A DNA stretch of 64,000 nucleotides, taken from contig CAWFJU010000028.1 in assembly GCA_963816275.1 (NCBI GenBank), positions 383 to 64,382 on the forward strand, read 5' to 3'. Under the pieces are notes generated by a model. That model was not told where the DNA came from, did not search any database, and saw nothing but the letters and a program-made list of their open reading frames with translations. Both the position numbers and the translations under genes were made by a program. This document shows, in pieces, positions 53,816 to 63,377 of the stretch. Numbering within the stretch: the first letter of the stretch is position 1; each line of letters opens with the position of its first letter. The stretch comes from an uncultured Actinomycetes bacterium (GTDB taxonomy: Bacteria > Actinomycetota > UBA4738 > HRBIN12).

Positions 53816-54579
53816 GCGAGGGCGCGATCCGGCCGCTCGCCGGGCGGACGATCATCGTCACCCGGCCGGCCGACCAGTCCGCCGCGCTCGTGACGCCGCT
53901 AGAACGCCGGGGCGCACGCGTGATCGTCGCGCCCGCGATCGAACTCGTGCCCGCGCGTTCGGCCGCCCTCACCCGAGCCCTGAACGATCTGGCGGCCGGT
54001 CGCTTCACGTGGATCACGATCACGAGCCGCGCGACCGTCGACATGCTCGCGAGCCGTCTGCAGCCGGGCGACGTTCGATCGCGGGTCGCGGCGATCGGCG
54101 AGGGCAGCGCCGCGGCCTTCCGATCGTGGGCGGGGCGCGAGGTGGACCTGCAGCCGACGGCGTTCACGACCGAGGGACTCGCGCGCGCCTTCCCCAAGGG
54201 GATCGGGCGCGTCCTGTGTGCGCGGGCCGACATCGCACCCGAGGGGCTCGAGGCGGCCTTAGGCGCGAAGGGGTGGACGCCGGAACGGGTCGACGCCTAC
54301 CGAACGCGGCTGCCGCGGGCGCTCCCCCCCGACGCGCGAGAAGCGCTCGCCGCTGGCGGGGTCGACGCGGTCACGTTCACCAGCGCGTCGACCGTCCGTG
54401 GCTTCGTTGGGGCGCTCGGCATCGTGCGCGGCGCACCGAAGGTCGTCTGCATCGGACCGGTCACGGCGAAGGAAGCGCGGGAGCACGGGCTCACGGTGCA
54501 CGCGGTCGCGCGCCCCCATACCTTCGAGGGCGTGGTCGACGCGGTGGAGCGGGCGCTCAGGCCGCGACGGCGCCGCTGA
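53812..54579 (+). CDS. hemD: Uroporphyrinogen-III synthase
   Basis: PLAGRTIIVTRP, FTSASTV and CIGPVTA motifs; GTGA overlap with hemC. Confidence 0.93.
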   Translation: MSEGAIRPLAGRTIIVTRPADQSAALVTPLERRGARVIVAPAIELVPARSAALTRALNDLAAGRFTWITITSRATVDMLASRLQPGDVRSRVAAIGEGSAAAFRSWAGREVDLQPTAFTTEGLARAFPKGIGRVLCARADIAPEGLEAALGAKGWTPERVDAYRTRLPRALPPDAREALAAGGVDAVTFTSASTVRGFVGALGIVRGAPKVVCIGPVTAKEAREHGLTVHAVARPHTFEGVVDAVERALRPRRRR

Positions 54580-54640
54580 CCGCGACCCGCTCCGACCCCG
54601 AGACGTGCAGAGGGACGGGGGCTCCCGCTACCCTGCACGC

Positions 54641-55627
54641 ATGTCGTTCCCCGAGTCTCGCCCGCGCCGGATGCGCCGCACACCGGCGCTGCGCGCCCTG
54701 ATCCGCGAGACCACCCTCGAACCACGGCAGCTGATCGCGCCGCTCTTCGCGAAGGAGGGCATCGCCGAGCCGGTCCCGATCGAGTCGATGCCGGGACAGT
54801 TCCAACACACGCTCGAGTCGCTGCGCAAGGAGGCCGTCGAGATCGCCGAGCGCGGCGTACTCGCGTTCATGCTGTTCGGCGTGCCGGCGCGCAAGGACGC
54901 GGAAGGCTCCGAGGCTTGGAATCCCGAGGGGATCGGGCAGCGGGCGATCGCGACCCTCCGTCGGGAGTTCGGCGATGACGCGGTCGTGATCGCCGATCTC
55001 TGCCTCGACGAGTACACGGACCACGGCCACTGCGGCGTACTGAACGATCGCGGCGAGGTCGACAATGATCCGACGGTCGAGCGCTACACGCGGATCGCGC
55101 GGGCGCAGGCCGAGGCCGGCGCCCACATGGTGGGACCGAGCGGGATGATGGATGGCCAGGTCGCGGCGATCCGGGGGACGCTCGACGATGCAGGCGGCTA
55201 CGACGTGGCGATCATGGCCTACGCGGCGAAGTTCGCCTCCGCGTTGTACGGGCCGTTCCGAGAGGCCGCCGAGGGTGCCCCGAGATTCGGGGATCGGCAG
55301 GGCTACCAGCAAGATGTCGCGAACGCCGACGAAGCGCTCCGCGAGATCCACGCCGACATCGAGCAGGGGGCCGACATCGTGATGGTCAAGCCCGCGCTCC
55401 CCTACCTCGATCTCGTGCGCCGGGCGAAGGACGAGACCGGGTTCCCGACGGCCGCCTACCACGTGAGCGGCGAGTATTCGATGCTCAAAGCCGCCGCTGG
55501 GAACGGGTGGATCGACGAACGACGAGCCGTGCTCGAGGTGCTCACCTCGATCCGGCGGGCCGGCGCCGACCTGGTGCTGACCTATCACGCGAAGGACGCG
55601 GCCGGATGGCTGAGGGAGGAGCGCTAG
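54641..55627 (+). CDS. hemB: Porphobilinogen synthase
   Basis: RPRRMRR, CLDEYTDHGHCG, PSGMMDG, MVKPA and YHVSGEY motifs. Confidence 0.97.
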   Translation: MSFPESRPRRMRRTPALRALIRETTLEPRQLIAPLFAKEGIAEPVPIESMPGQFQHTLESLRKEAVEIAERGVLAFMLFGVPARKDAEGSEAWNPEGIGQRAIATLRREFGDDAVVIADLCLDEYTDHGHCGVLNDRGEVDNDPTVERYTRIARAQAEAGAHMVGPSGMMDGQVAAIRGTLDDAGGYDVAIMAYAAKFASALYGPFREAAEGAPRFGDRQGYQQDVANADEALREIHADIEQGADIVMVKPALPYLDLVRRAKDETGFPTAAYHVSGEYSMLKAAAGNGWIDERRAVLEVLTSIRRAGADLVLTYHAKDAAGWLREER

Positions 55628-55629
55628 GC

Positions 55630-56049
55630 ATGTCGAGGGATCGGATCGTGATCGCGGTGGCGGTCGCGGCGGTGGCGATCATCGCGGCCGTCGTATGGGT
55701 TACCGCCGACTCCGGCGATGGGGGCGGCGCGTCGCTCGCCGGCACGGGTTGGATCCTCACCGACCTGGACAGCGGAAGCGTCACCGGTACCGCGCCCACG
55801 CTCGATCTCACGGAGACCGACGTCAGCGGGACCGGCGGCTGCAACACGTTCAGCGGCACCTACACGACCGACGGAGACACGATCTCGTTCGGCCCGCTCG
55901 CCTCGACGATGATGGCGTGCGAGCCTCCGATCATGGAGCAGGAGGCCGTCTACTTCGCGGCGCTCGACGGCGCGACCACGTATACGGTCGACGCCGGTAC
56001 GCTGACGATCTCCGGAGACGCCGGCACCCTGACCTACGCGAAGGCCTGA
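55630..56049 (+). CDS. META-domain (HslJ-like) membrane-anchored protein
   Basis: TM anchor; LAGTGW, SGTGGCNTFSGTY and STMMAC motifs. Confidence 0.88.
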   Translation: MSRDRIVIAVAVAAVAIIAAVVWVTADSGDGGGASLAGTGWILTDLDSGSVTGTAPTLDLTETDVSGTGGCNTFSGTYTTDGDTISFGPLASTMMACEPPIMEQEAVYFAALDGATTYTVDAGTLTISGDAGTLTYAKA

Positions 56050-56085
56050 CGGGGTGGCGCGGCACGGCGACCGGGTGACCGGGCG

Positions 56086-57384
56086 GTGACTCGGTCCGAG
56101 GAGCTCTACGCCCGGGCGGTCGGGGTGATCCCCGGCGGCGTCGACTCTCCGGTTCGCGCGTTCGGCGGCGTCGGCGGCACCCCCCGGTTCGCGGCTCGCG
56201 GTGAGGGCTCGTGGATCGTTGACGTCGACGGGAACCGCTACGTCGACCTCGTGCAGTCGTGGGGGGCGCTGCTCTTCGGTCACGCGCATCCCGCGATCGT
56301 GGAGGCCGCGCGGAGAGCGGTGTCGAGCGGCACGACCTTCGGCGCCCCCACCGAGGGCGAGGTCGAGCTCGCCGAACGGATCGTCGAGGCGGTCCCTTCG
56401 ATCGACGAGGTGCGCCTGGTGTCGAGCGGCACCGAGGCGACGATGAGCGCGATCCGGCTGGCGCGCGGCGCCACGGGACGCGACCTGATCGTGAAGTTCG
56501 AGGGCTGCTACCACGGGCACTCGGACTCGCTCCTGGCGAAAGGCGCGGGCAGCGGTCTGGCCACGCTCGGGATCCCGTCATCGCCCGGCGTCACGGAGGG
56601 CGCCGCGCGGGACACGCTGACCGCGCCATTCAACGACCTCGAGGCGGTGTCGGCCTTGTTCGCGGAGCGAGGGGGCGAGATCGCGGCGGTGACCGTCGAA
56701 CCGGTGGCCGCGAACATGGGCGTCGTCCCGCCGGCCGGTGGGTTCCTCGAGGGACTCCGCGAGGTGTGCGACGCGCACGGCGCACTCCTGCTCTTCGACG
56801 AGGTCATCACGGGGTTCCGGATGGCGTACGGCGGTGCGCAAGCGTTCTACGAGATGACCCCGGACCTCACCGCGCTCGGCAAGGTGATGGGTGGCGGCTT
56901 CCCCTGTGCTGCGTTCGGTGGCCGACGGGATCTCATGGAGCAACTCGCGCCCGTCGGGCCTGTCTACCAGGCGGGAACGCTCAGCGGGAACCCGGTCGCC
57001 GTCGCCGCGGGGATCGCGACCCTGGACCTGGCGCGCACGATGGACCCGTATCCACATCTCCAGGTCACGGCCGACACCCTGGTCGACGGGCTCGCCACCG
57101 CGTTCGCCGAGGCGGCGATCCCCGCCACCGTGAACCAGGCCGGATCGCTCTTCAGCGTGTTCTTCACCGGCGTCGGCGCGGGAGGCGAGCCCGGCACGCC
57201 GGTCGCCGACTTCGCCGGGGCCGCCGCCGCGGACCACGGGCGCTACGCCCGCTTCTTCCACCACATGCTCGCCGGAGGGGTCTGGCTGCCTCCCAGCGGG
57301 TATGAACTGTGGACGTTGTCCGCGACGCTCGGCCCCGACGAGGTCGGACGCGTGGTCGAGACCGCCGCCTCGTTCCGCGACTGA
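56086..57384 (+). CDS. hemL: Glutamate-1-semialdehyde 2,1-aminomutase
   Basis: PGGVDSPVRAF, SGTEATM, GCYHGH, FDEVITGFR, LGKVMGGG and QAGTLSGNP motifs. Confidence 0.97.
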   Translation: MTRSEELYARAVGVIPGGVDSPVRAFGGVGGTPRFAARGEGSWIVDVDGNRYVDLVQSWGALLFGHAHPAIVEAARRAVSSGTTFGAPTEGEVELAERIVEAVPSIDEVRLVSSGTEATMSAIRLARGATGRDLIVKFEGCYHGHSDSLLAKGAGSGLATLGIPSSPGVTEGAARDTLTAPFNDLEAVSALFAERGGEIAAVTVEPVAANMGVVPPAGGFLEGLREVCDAHGALLLFDEVITGFRMAYGGAQAFYEMTPDLTALGKVMGGGFPCAAFGGRRDLMEQLAPVGPVYQAGTLSGNPVAVAAGIATLDLARTMDPYPHLQVTADTLVDGLATAFAEAAIPATVNQAGSLFSVFFTGVGAGGEPGTPVADFAGAAAADHGRYARFFHHMLAGGVWLPPSGYELWTLSATLGPDEVGRVVETAASFRD

Positions 57385-57391
57385 GCGCGGA

Positions 57392-57850
57392 TCAGGCGGC
57401 GTACGCGACGTCGAGCGGGCGCGATGATGGGTCGCGCACGTCGACGTCCTCGACCTCCATCGCGAGGCAGAAGGTGCCGGTCACACGCTCGAGTGCGTCG
57501 TGCGTCGGCGCCACCTCGCATCGCACGGTGCCGCGCTCCCCACGGAGCGTGAACTCCGCGGTCTCCCCGTTCAGCGCGGCCACGTGGGCCTCGAGGATCT
57601 CGAGGTTCGGGCCTTCCATGCCGAACAGCTCGAGCAGGCCCCGTCCTTCGCACTTGTCGAACGGGACCCCGATGATCTCGGTCGCCGCGCCGGTCACGGT
57701 GCGCATCCGCAGGGCGGAATCGGTCGTCCAGAAGAAGACCGGCCTCCCCGCGGCTACCGCCGCGATCGTCTCGGCGCCCTGGAACCGCTTCCGAGGTGGA
57801 GGCGGGGTCGGCACCGTATCGGTGATGCCGAAGAGTTCCCACTGCCGCAT
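57392..57850 (-). CDS. Stand-alone PAS-fold protein, 152 aa
   Basis: FFWTTDSALR...GRGLLELF...AHVAALNGE...VAPTHD...VTGTFCLAME follows the PAS_4-like pattern; GGGAGG upstream. Confidence 0.65.
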   Translation of the reverse strand: MRQWELFGITDTVPTPPPPRKRFQGAETIAAVAAGRPVFFWTTDSALRMRTVTGAATEIIGVPFDKCEGRGLLELFGMEGPNLEILEAHVAALNGETAEFTLRGERGTVRCEVAPTHDALERVTGTFCLAMEVEDVDVRDPSSRPLDVAYAA

Positions 57851-58019
57851 CGATCTCACCCCTCCCGGGTTCGTCGGACTCACTACCTGATTTCGGGTAA
57901 CGGAGGGGTCTGAGCACATAGTGCGTTGTGACCATTTCGAGCGTCGGCCAGCTGCCGCCGTTGACATCGGCGCGGGACCTAGGGCGTGGGGAGCGCCGCC
58001 GAGGCTAGGCTCGGCCACC

Positions 58020-58934
58020 ATGGGTAGTCCGCTCGACGACTTCGCCGGGTTCACCCGCGCGCGCATCGGGCCCGAGGCCGACGAGTGGCTCGGGCGAGTT
58101 CCGGCGTTCCTCCGGGAGCTCACCGCCCGCTGGGACATCACCGTGGGCGAGCCGTTCACGGGCGGGGCCATCGGCTTCACGATGCCGGCCGAGCGCGGCT
58201 CCGACGCCGAGCCGGTCGTACTGAAGCTCGGCTTTCCCGACGGCTGGTTCGGCGACGAGACGCGAGCGATCGCCGAGGTCGCCGGGAACGGGATGGTCAG
58301 GTTACTTGACCACGACCCCAGAGGCGCACAGCTCCTGGAACGCGCGCTCCCCGGGACGTCGCTCCTCGAGTCCCGCGACGAGCCGGAGGGGAACGAGGTG
58401 GCGGCCGGTGTGCTCGAGCGGCTCTGGCGGCCGGCGCCAGCGGGCTTCGTGACGGTCGCCGAGGAGGCGAGCCGCTGGGCCGACACGATGCCGCTCCGCC
58501 ACGTGCGAGAGATGGCGCCGTTCGAGCGCCCGCTGCTCGATCTGGCGGTCGAGACGCTCCGTGACCTCACGGCCACGCAGGGGGAGCCCGTGCTCCTCCA
58601 CGGTGACCTCCAACACGGCAACGTGCTCGCCGCCGAGCGCGAGCCGTGGCTCGCGATCGATCCCAAGCCGCTGGTCGGCGAGCGGGAGTTTGACGTCACC
58701 GCCCTCCTCCGCGACCGCCGTGAGGAGGTGCTCGCCGATCCCGACCCGCATGCTCGGCTGCAGCGCCGCTTCGATCAGCTGACCGAGCTCTTCGGCTGCG
58801 ACCGGCGCCGGCTGCGTGAGTGGTCGTTCGCGATCCTCGTGGACTACGCGCTCTGGGACTTCGAGGTCAACGCCCGATCGACCGCGAACGAGGAGATCGA
58901 GATGGCGCGACTGATGCGGAGCCTCGAGCTCTAG
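58020..58934 (+). CDS. Aminoglycoside/hydroxyurea phosphotransferase family (APH(6)/StrB-like) kinase
   Basis: VLK, LLER, LLHGDLQHGNVL and WLAIDPKPLVGE motifs. Confidence 0.88.
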   Translation: MGSPLDDFAGFTRARIGPEADEWLGRVPAFLRELTARWDITVGEPFTGGAIGFTMPAERGSDAEPVVLKLGFPDGWFGDETRAIAEVAGNGMVRLLDHDPRGAQLLERALPGTSLLESRDEPEGNEVAAGVLERLWRPAPAGFVTVAEEASRWADTMPLRHVREMAPFERPLLDLAVETLRDLTATQGEPVLLHGDLQHGNVLAAEREPWLAIDPKPLVGEREFDVTALLRDRREEVLADPDPHARLQRRFDQLTELFGCDRRRLREWSFAILVDYALWDFEVNARSTANEEIEMARLMRSLEL

Positions 58935-59566
58935 CGCGGCGACGCGCGGCGGGCGGCGAGCCCGTCGAGGATCACGTCGAGCACCTGATCGATCATCGCG
59001 GCGAGCGCCGGCCCACGCGGGACGAGTTCGCTGAGTGGTCCGTCGACCAGCAACACGGACAGCCCGTGGACGGCGGCCCACGCCCCGAGCGCGAGCGCCT
59101 CACGATCGCCCGGAGCGATCGATCCGTCGGCCTGACCGTCGTCGATCGCCGCGAAGAGCGGCCCCTCTGAGGCCATGCCGGCGGCGTGCACCTCGGTCAC
59201 CTCGCCGGCCCGACGCAGTTCCGGCCGGTTCATCACGGTGAAGCGCGCCGGATAGGCAACGGCGAACCCGACGTAGGAGCGTCCGAGGGCCCGGATCCGG
59301 TCGTATACGGCGTCCGACGGATCGATCGCGGCGAGCTCGTCGGCCAGCAACATCTCGTACCCCTCGAGCGCGAGCGCCTCGACGATGGCGGCCTTGTCGG
59401 AGAAGTGGTGATAGGGCGCGTTGTGCGAGACGCCCGCACGTCGGGCGACCTCGCGGAGGGTCAGCCCGTCGACGCCACGTTCCTCGATGAGGGCCATCGA
59501 TGCGTCGAGCAGCGCACGGCGCAGATCCCCGTGGTGGTAGGCGACCTTGGGCGAGGGAGCGGTCAC
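58931..59566 (-). CDS. TetR/AcrR regulator with WHG-type C-terminus
   Basis: YHHGDLRRAL, LTLREVARRAGVSHNAPYHHF and WAAVHG motifs. Confidence 0.93.
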   Translation of the reverse strand: MTAPSPKVAYHHGDLRRALLDASMALIEERGVDGLTLREVARRAGVSHNAPYHHFSDKAAIVEALALEGYEMLLADELAAIDPSDAVYDRIRALGRSYVGFAVAYPARFTVMNRPELRRAGEVTEVHAAGMASEGPLFAAIDDGQADGSIAPGDREALALGAWAAVHGLSVLLVDGPLSELVPRGPALAAMIDQVLDVILDGLAARRASPR

Positions 59567-59586
59567 GGCGACACCTTGGCAGGCGT

Positions 59587-59633
59587 ATCTTGACACTGTC
59601 AACATCCCTCAGCTATCTTGCCACTGTCCAGAT
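59587..59633. promoter_or_regulatory. Duplicated palindromic TetR operator overlapping a sigma-70-type promoter
   Basis: ATCTTGACACTGTCAACAT (59587-59605) and ATCTTGCCACTGTCCAGAT (59615-59633); TTGACA-N18-TATCTT on the + strand. Confidence 0.8.
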
Positions 59634-59653
59634 GAACGGGGAAGAGGCAGGCG

Positions 59654-60598
59654 ATGGCGACGAGGTCGGTGGTGCTGGGGGCGAACGGCGGGACGGGACG
59701 GGCGGTCGTCGAGGAACTGCTCGGACGCGGCCGCGAGGTGCGGGCGGTGACACGTAGGGGAGACGGTCCGGCCGGCACCGAGCAGATCGCGGCCGACGTG
59801 ACGGACGTGGACCTGCTCGGCCGTGCCCTCGAAGGTGCCGACACCGTGTATCACTGCGCCCAGCCCGCCTACGAACGGTGGATCGATGATTTCCCCGCGC
59901 TGAACCGGGCCGTGGCCGAGGCGGCGGCTCGTACCGGGACCAAACTGGTCTTCGCCGACAACCTCTACATGTACGACCCCTCGCAGGGTCCGATGCGGGA
60001 GACCACCCCGGAAGCGCCGCCCACCGCACGCGGGGCACTCCGTCGTGATCTGGCCGACGAGCTGCTGGGGATGCACCGGGAGGGGCGGCTACACGTCGCG
60101 ATCGGCCGCTCCTCGGACTACTACGGACCCCACGGAACGGGCACGAGCCTGGGCGACCGGTTGTTCGAGGCGGTGCTCGAGGGGAAGAAGGCGCAGTGGA
60201 TGGGATCGCTCGACCAGCCGCACACCTGCAGCTACCTCCCCGACATGGCGCGTGCCCTCGTCACCCTCGGGGAGCATGAAGGGTCCGACGGTCGGGCGTG
60301 GGTGCTCCCCGCCGCCCCGGGCATCACCGGTCGGCGGTTCGTCGAGCTTGCCTCGGGGGCCGCGGGAGTCCGGCCCCGGCCGGCCGCGATCTCGGCCCGG
60401 ATGCTAAAGATGGCTGGGATCTTCTCTCCGATGATCCGCGCCTACGCCGAGATGCTCGGTGAGTGGACCGTGCCGTTCACGATCGACGCCGCCGAGTTCG
60501 AGACGGCGTTCGGACCGTTCCCGGTCACGCCACATGAGGACGCGATCGCGGCGACGGTGGCGTGGTTCCGTGAGCGTGCGAGCTCCGCCGCGGCGTGA
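59654..60598 (+). CDS. NAD-dependent epimerase/dehydratase (atypical SDR)
   Basis: VLGANGGTG, DNLYMY and SDYYGP motifs. Confidence 0.9.
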   Translation: MATRSVVLGANGGTGRAVVEELLGRGREVRAVTRRGDGPAGTEQIAADVTDVDLLGRALEGADTVYHCAQPAYERWIDDFPALNRAVAEAAARTGTKLVFADNLYMYDPSQGPMRETTPEAPPTARGALRRDLADELLGMHREGRLHVAIGRSSDYYGPHGTGTSLGDRLFEAVLEGKKAQWMGSLDQPHTCSYLPDMARALVTLGEHEGSDGRAWVLPAAPGITGRRFVELASGAAGVRPRPAAISARMLKMAGIFSPMIRAYAEMLGEWTVPFTIDAAEFETAFGPFPVTPHEDAIAATVAWFRERASSAAA

Positions 60599-60602
60599 GA
60601 CG

Positions 60603-62360
60603 TCACGGGCGCGGCGCGGAAACCGTTCGCGGCACGAGCGAGATCGTCGCAACGGCACCGGTCTCGGGGTCGAGTTCGAGCCGCAGGTCGACGGTCCCCC
60701 GGTCGCCGCGCAGCTCGACCGTCACGTCCCGGTCGCCGTCGCCGCGGATCGCGGGACCGACCGCGAGCGGCCCGAACCCGGTGACGGCCGCCCGGAGCGC
60801 CCGTTCCAGCGCCGCGCGATCCACGCCACCGGCCAGCGGGAGCGCATCCGGCCACGCGGGGACGGGTTCGGCGATCAGTTCGGCCACCCGTCGGATCGCC
60901 TCCGCCATCGCCGGGGACGGGTCGAGGACGGATCGCAGCTCGAAGGACTGTACGCGGGGTGGGCGCTCACCCGTGAGCAGGATCTCGACCCGGACGCGGC
61001 CTCCGCGCTCCCCGCGCAGCCACCACACGAGATGCGCGGACGAGTCGGACTCGGCGGGGAGTTCCTGGTCCGGTGAGAGCATGCCGTGGCGTTCCCGGAT
61101 CCGATCCATCTCGGCACGACGCCGCTCGAACGGGTCGTCCAGGTCAACGTTGAATGCGAACACCTCGGCGGCCAGGTCGTCGTCCCAGGCGCGGAGCAGG
61201 CCTTCCAGTTGCGCCCGGGCGGAGCGCGTGGCCTCCCACGGGACGATGGTCCTCGACGGGGCGGCCCCTCGGGTCACGAGCGCGGTGAGCGCCCGAGCCG
61301 CGTGCGTCGACATCGGCGCGTACGTCCGGTTCCCGAGGGCGATCACGCCGATGCCCGAGGCCGGATGCCATCGCATGTGTGACCCGAACCCCGGGTAGCC
61401 GCCGCTGTGGCCCACGACGTGGCCGAGCCGCAGGTCGTGCGTCACGAAGAGCCCCAGGCCGTAGCCGCCGCTGATCAGCTCCGGCTCCGCGTCGGTCGAG
61501 GCGCGCCGCAACTCCGGGTCGAACGCGCGATGCACCTGCTGCATCTCCCGGCGCGATGCGCGCGACAGCGGATGCGGCCCCTCGGGGTCGTCGCGCGGTG
61601 GGAAGGCGTCGGTGAACCCCGCGACCCAGCGCGCGAGATCGCGGACCGAGCTGAAGATCCCTCCCATCGAGGCAAGCGCCCCGTACCCGTCGAACGGCTC
61701 CTCGACGAAGGCGTCGTCACGCTGGACGTAGCCGATCGCGAGCCGCTCGCTCGGCACCTCCGCGGCCGTGTAGACGGTGCCGTCCATCCCCAAGGGCTCG
61801 AGCAGCCTCCCGCGCACGAGGTCGCGATACTCGGTACGCGCCACGTTGGTCAGGACGCGGCCGAGGATCCCGTAGCCCACGTTCGAGTACTCGAAGGTCG
61901 TCCCCGGCGTCCAGGCGGTGTCGAGCCCCCGCGCGAGCAGTTCGGCGAACCGACCGAGATCCATGCCCTGGAGCCGGTCGCCCCACGGGTCGTCGGTGGG
62001 CAGCCCGCTCGCCATCGTCAACAGGTGCCGCACGGTGATCGGCGGCGAGTCGACCGTGGGCCCGCGCAGATCCGACACCTCCGGTACGTACGTGCCCACC
62101 GGTTCGTCGAACCGGAGGATGCCCTCGTCGCGCAGCAGCACGGCGGCGGAGGCCGTGAAGCTCTTCGTCATCGACGCGATGCGGAAGACGCTGTCGGCGT
62201 CGGGCTGCCGGAGCTCGCCGACGCAGATCGAACCGAGGCCCGCCGCGTGCACCAGCTCGTCCCCGATCACCACCCCGTACGCGATGCCCGGGATCGTGCC
62301 GTCGCCGGCGGCGCGTTCGAAGATCCCATCGACCTCGCCGAGCGCGTCCTCCCTGCCCAT
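60603..62360 (-). CDS. Serine hydrolase, beta-lactamase (class C-like) family, with C-terminal extension
   Basis: FRIASMTK, FEYSN and HSGG motifs. Confidence 0.9.
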   Translation of the reverse strand: MGREDALGEVDGIFERAAGDGTIPGIAYGVVIGDELVHAAGLGSICVGELRQPDADSVFRIASMTKSFTASAAVLLRDEGILRFDEPVGTYVPEVSDLRGPTVDSPPITVRHLLTMASGLPTDDPWGDRLQGMDLGRFAELLARGLDTAWTPGTTFEYSNVGYGILGRVLTNVARTEYRDLVRGRLLEPLGMDGTVYTAAEVPSERLAIGYVQRDDAFVEEPFDGYGALASMGGIFSSVRDLARWVAGFTDAFPPRDDPEGPHPLSRASRREMQQVHRAFDPELRRASTDAEPELISGGYGLGLFVTHDLRLGHVVGHSGGYPGFGSHMRWHPASGIGVIALGNRTYAPMSTHAARALTALVTRGAAPSRTIVPWEATRSARAQLEGLLRAWDDDLAAEVFAFNVDLDDPFERRRAEMDRIRERHGMLSPDQELPAESDSSAHLVWWLRGERGGRVRVEILLTGERPPRVQSFELRSVLDPSPAMAEAIRRVAELIAEPVPAWPDALPLAGGVDRAALERALRAAVTGFGPLAVGPAIRGDGDRDVTVELRGDRGTVDLRLELDPETGAVATISLVPRTVSAPRP

Positions 62361-62470
62361 GGCCGACGACTATCCCAGGTCGAGGGAGCTTGAGCGGCGA
62401 GCAACCGAACGGCAAGGATCGCGCCTTCCGCCCGTTGCATCGTCGACCCACGGCTCGCTACGGTCGAGCG

Positions 62471-63370
62471 ATGAAGCGAGTGCTGATCGTCCTCGCCGGT
62501 CTCGCGTTGGTCGGACCGACGCTCGTCCGGCTCACGGGCGCCTCCCCCGACGTCGCCGCGGCCGGGACGCGGGCGCCGGTGATCGTCGTGATGCTCGAGA
62601 ACGTGGAGGACGTCAAGCTCTCGCCAGCGAACGCCCCGTACCTGATGAGCCTGAAGGCGAGCGGGCGCTACTTCTCGAAGTACTACGGCGTCGTGCACCC
62701 CAGCTTCCCCAACTACCTCGCGTTCGCCGGCGGCGACACGTTCGGTAACACCGGTGGCGGCGCGGCCGCGGGCGCATACTCCGCGAACAACATCTGGAAC
62801 CAGCTCACGAACGCCGGCATCACGTGGGGCGTCTTCCAGGAGCACATGCCCACGCCGTGCTTCTCGAAGAAGAGCAAGGTGGTGTTCGCTCCCACCAAGG
62901 ACACGTACTCGATCGGCCACAACCCGGCGACCGTCTTCCAGAACGTCTTCACCTCGGCGCAGTGCCAGAACGTGAAGCCCCTCACGCAGATGAGCGCGCC
63001 CCTCCCCGACCTGAGCTTCGTGACGCCCGCCTACTGCAACGACATGCACGGGGTGAAGAACGACCTCACGTACCCCGCGGACTGCCAGATCGGAACGCAG
63101 GGGCTCATCACCCGGGGCGACTCATGGCTCGCTGACCACGTTCCTGGCTGGCTGAGCGCCGGCGCGATCGTGATCATCACCTTCGACGAGGGGAACACGA
63201 AGAGCGGCGTGGGCGGCCACATCTACACGGTCGAGGTCGGCGCGGGGATCTCGCCGTCGGTGAACGCGACCACCTTCAACCACTACAGCCTGCTCGCAGG
63301 GCTGGAGGACCGCTTCGGCGTCGCCCGGCTCAGGAACGCCGCCCAGGCGATGCCGCTGCCCGTTGGGTGA
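62471..63370 (+). CDS. Secreted phosphoesterase (acid phosphatase/phospholipase C family)
   Basis: Signal peptide; VMLEN, HPSFPNY, HNP, NDMH, ITFDE and HYSLL motifs. Confidence 0.88.
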   Translation: MKRVLIVLAGLALVGPTLVRLTGASPDVAAAGTRAPVIVVMLENVEDVKLSPANAPYLMSLKASGRYFSKYYGVVHPSFPNYLAFAGGDTFGNTGGGAAAGAYSANNIWNQLTNAGITWGVFQEHMPTPCFSKKSKVVFAPTKDTYSIGHNPATVFQNVFTSAQCQNVKPLTQMSAPLPDLSFVTPAYCNDMHGVKNDLTYPADCQIGTQGLITRGDSWLADHVPGWLSAGAIVIITFDEGNTKSGVGGHIYTVEVGAGISPSVNATTFNHYSLLAGLEDRFGVARLRNAAQAMPLPVG

Positions 63371-63377
63371 CTCCGGC

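Noticed and set aside
58020-62360. Antibiotic-resistance island (APH plus beta-lactamase)
   Set aside because: Both belong to broad families common in actinobacterial chromosomes; there is no mobility context and substrate cannot be inferred.
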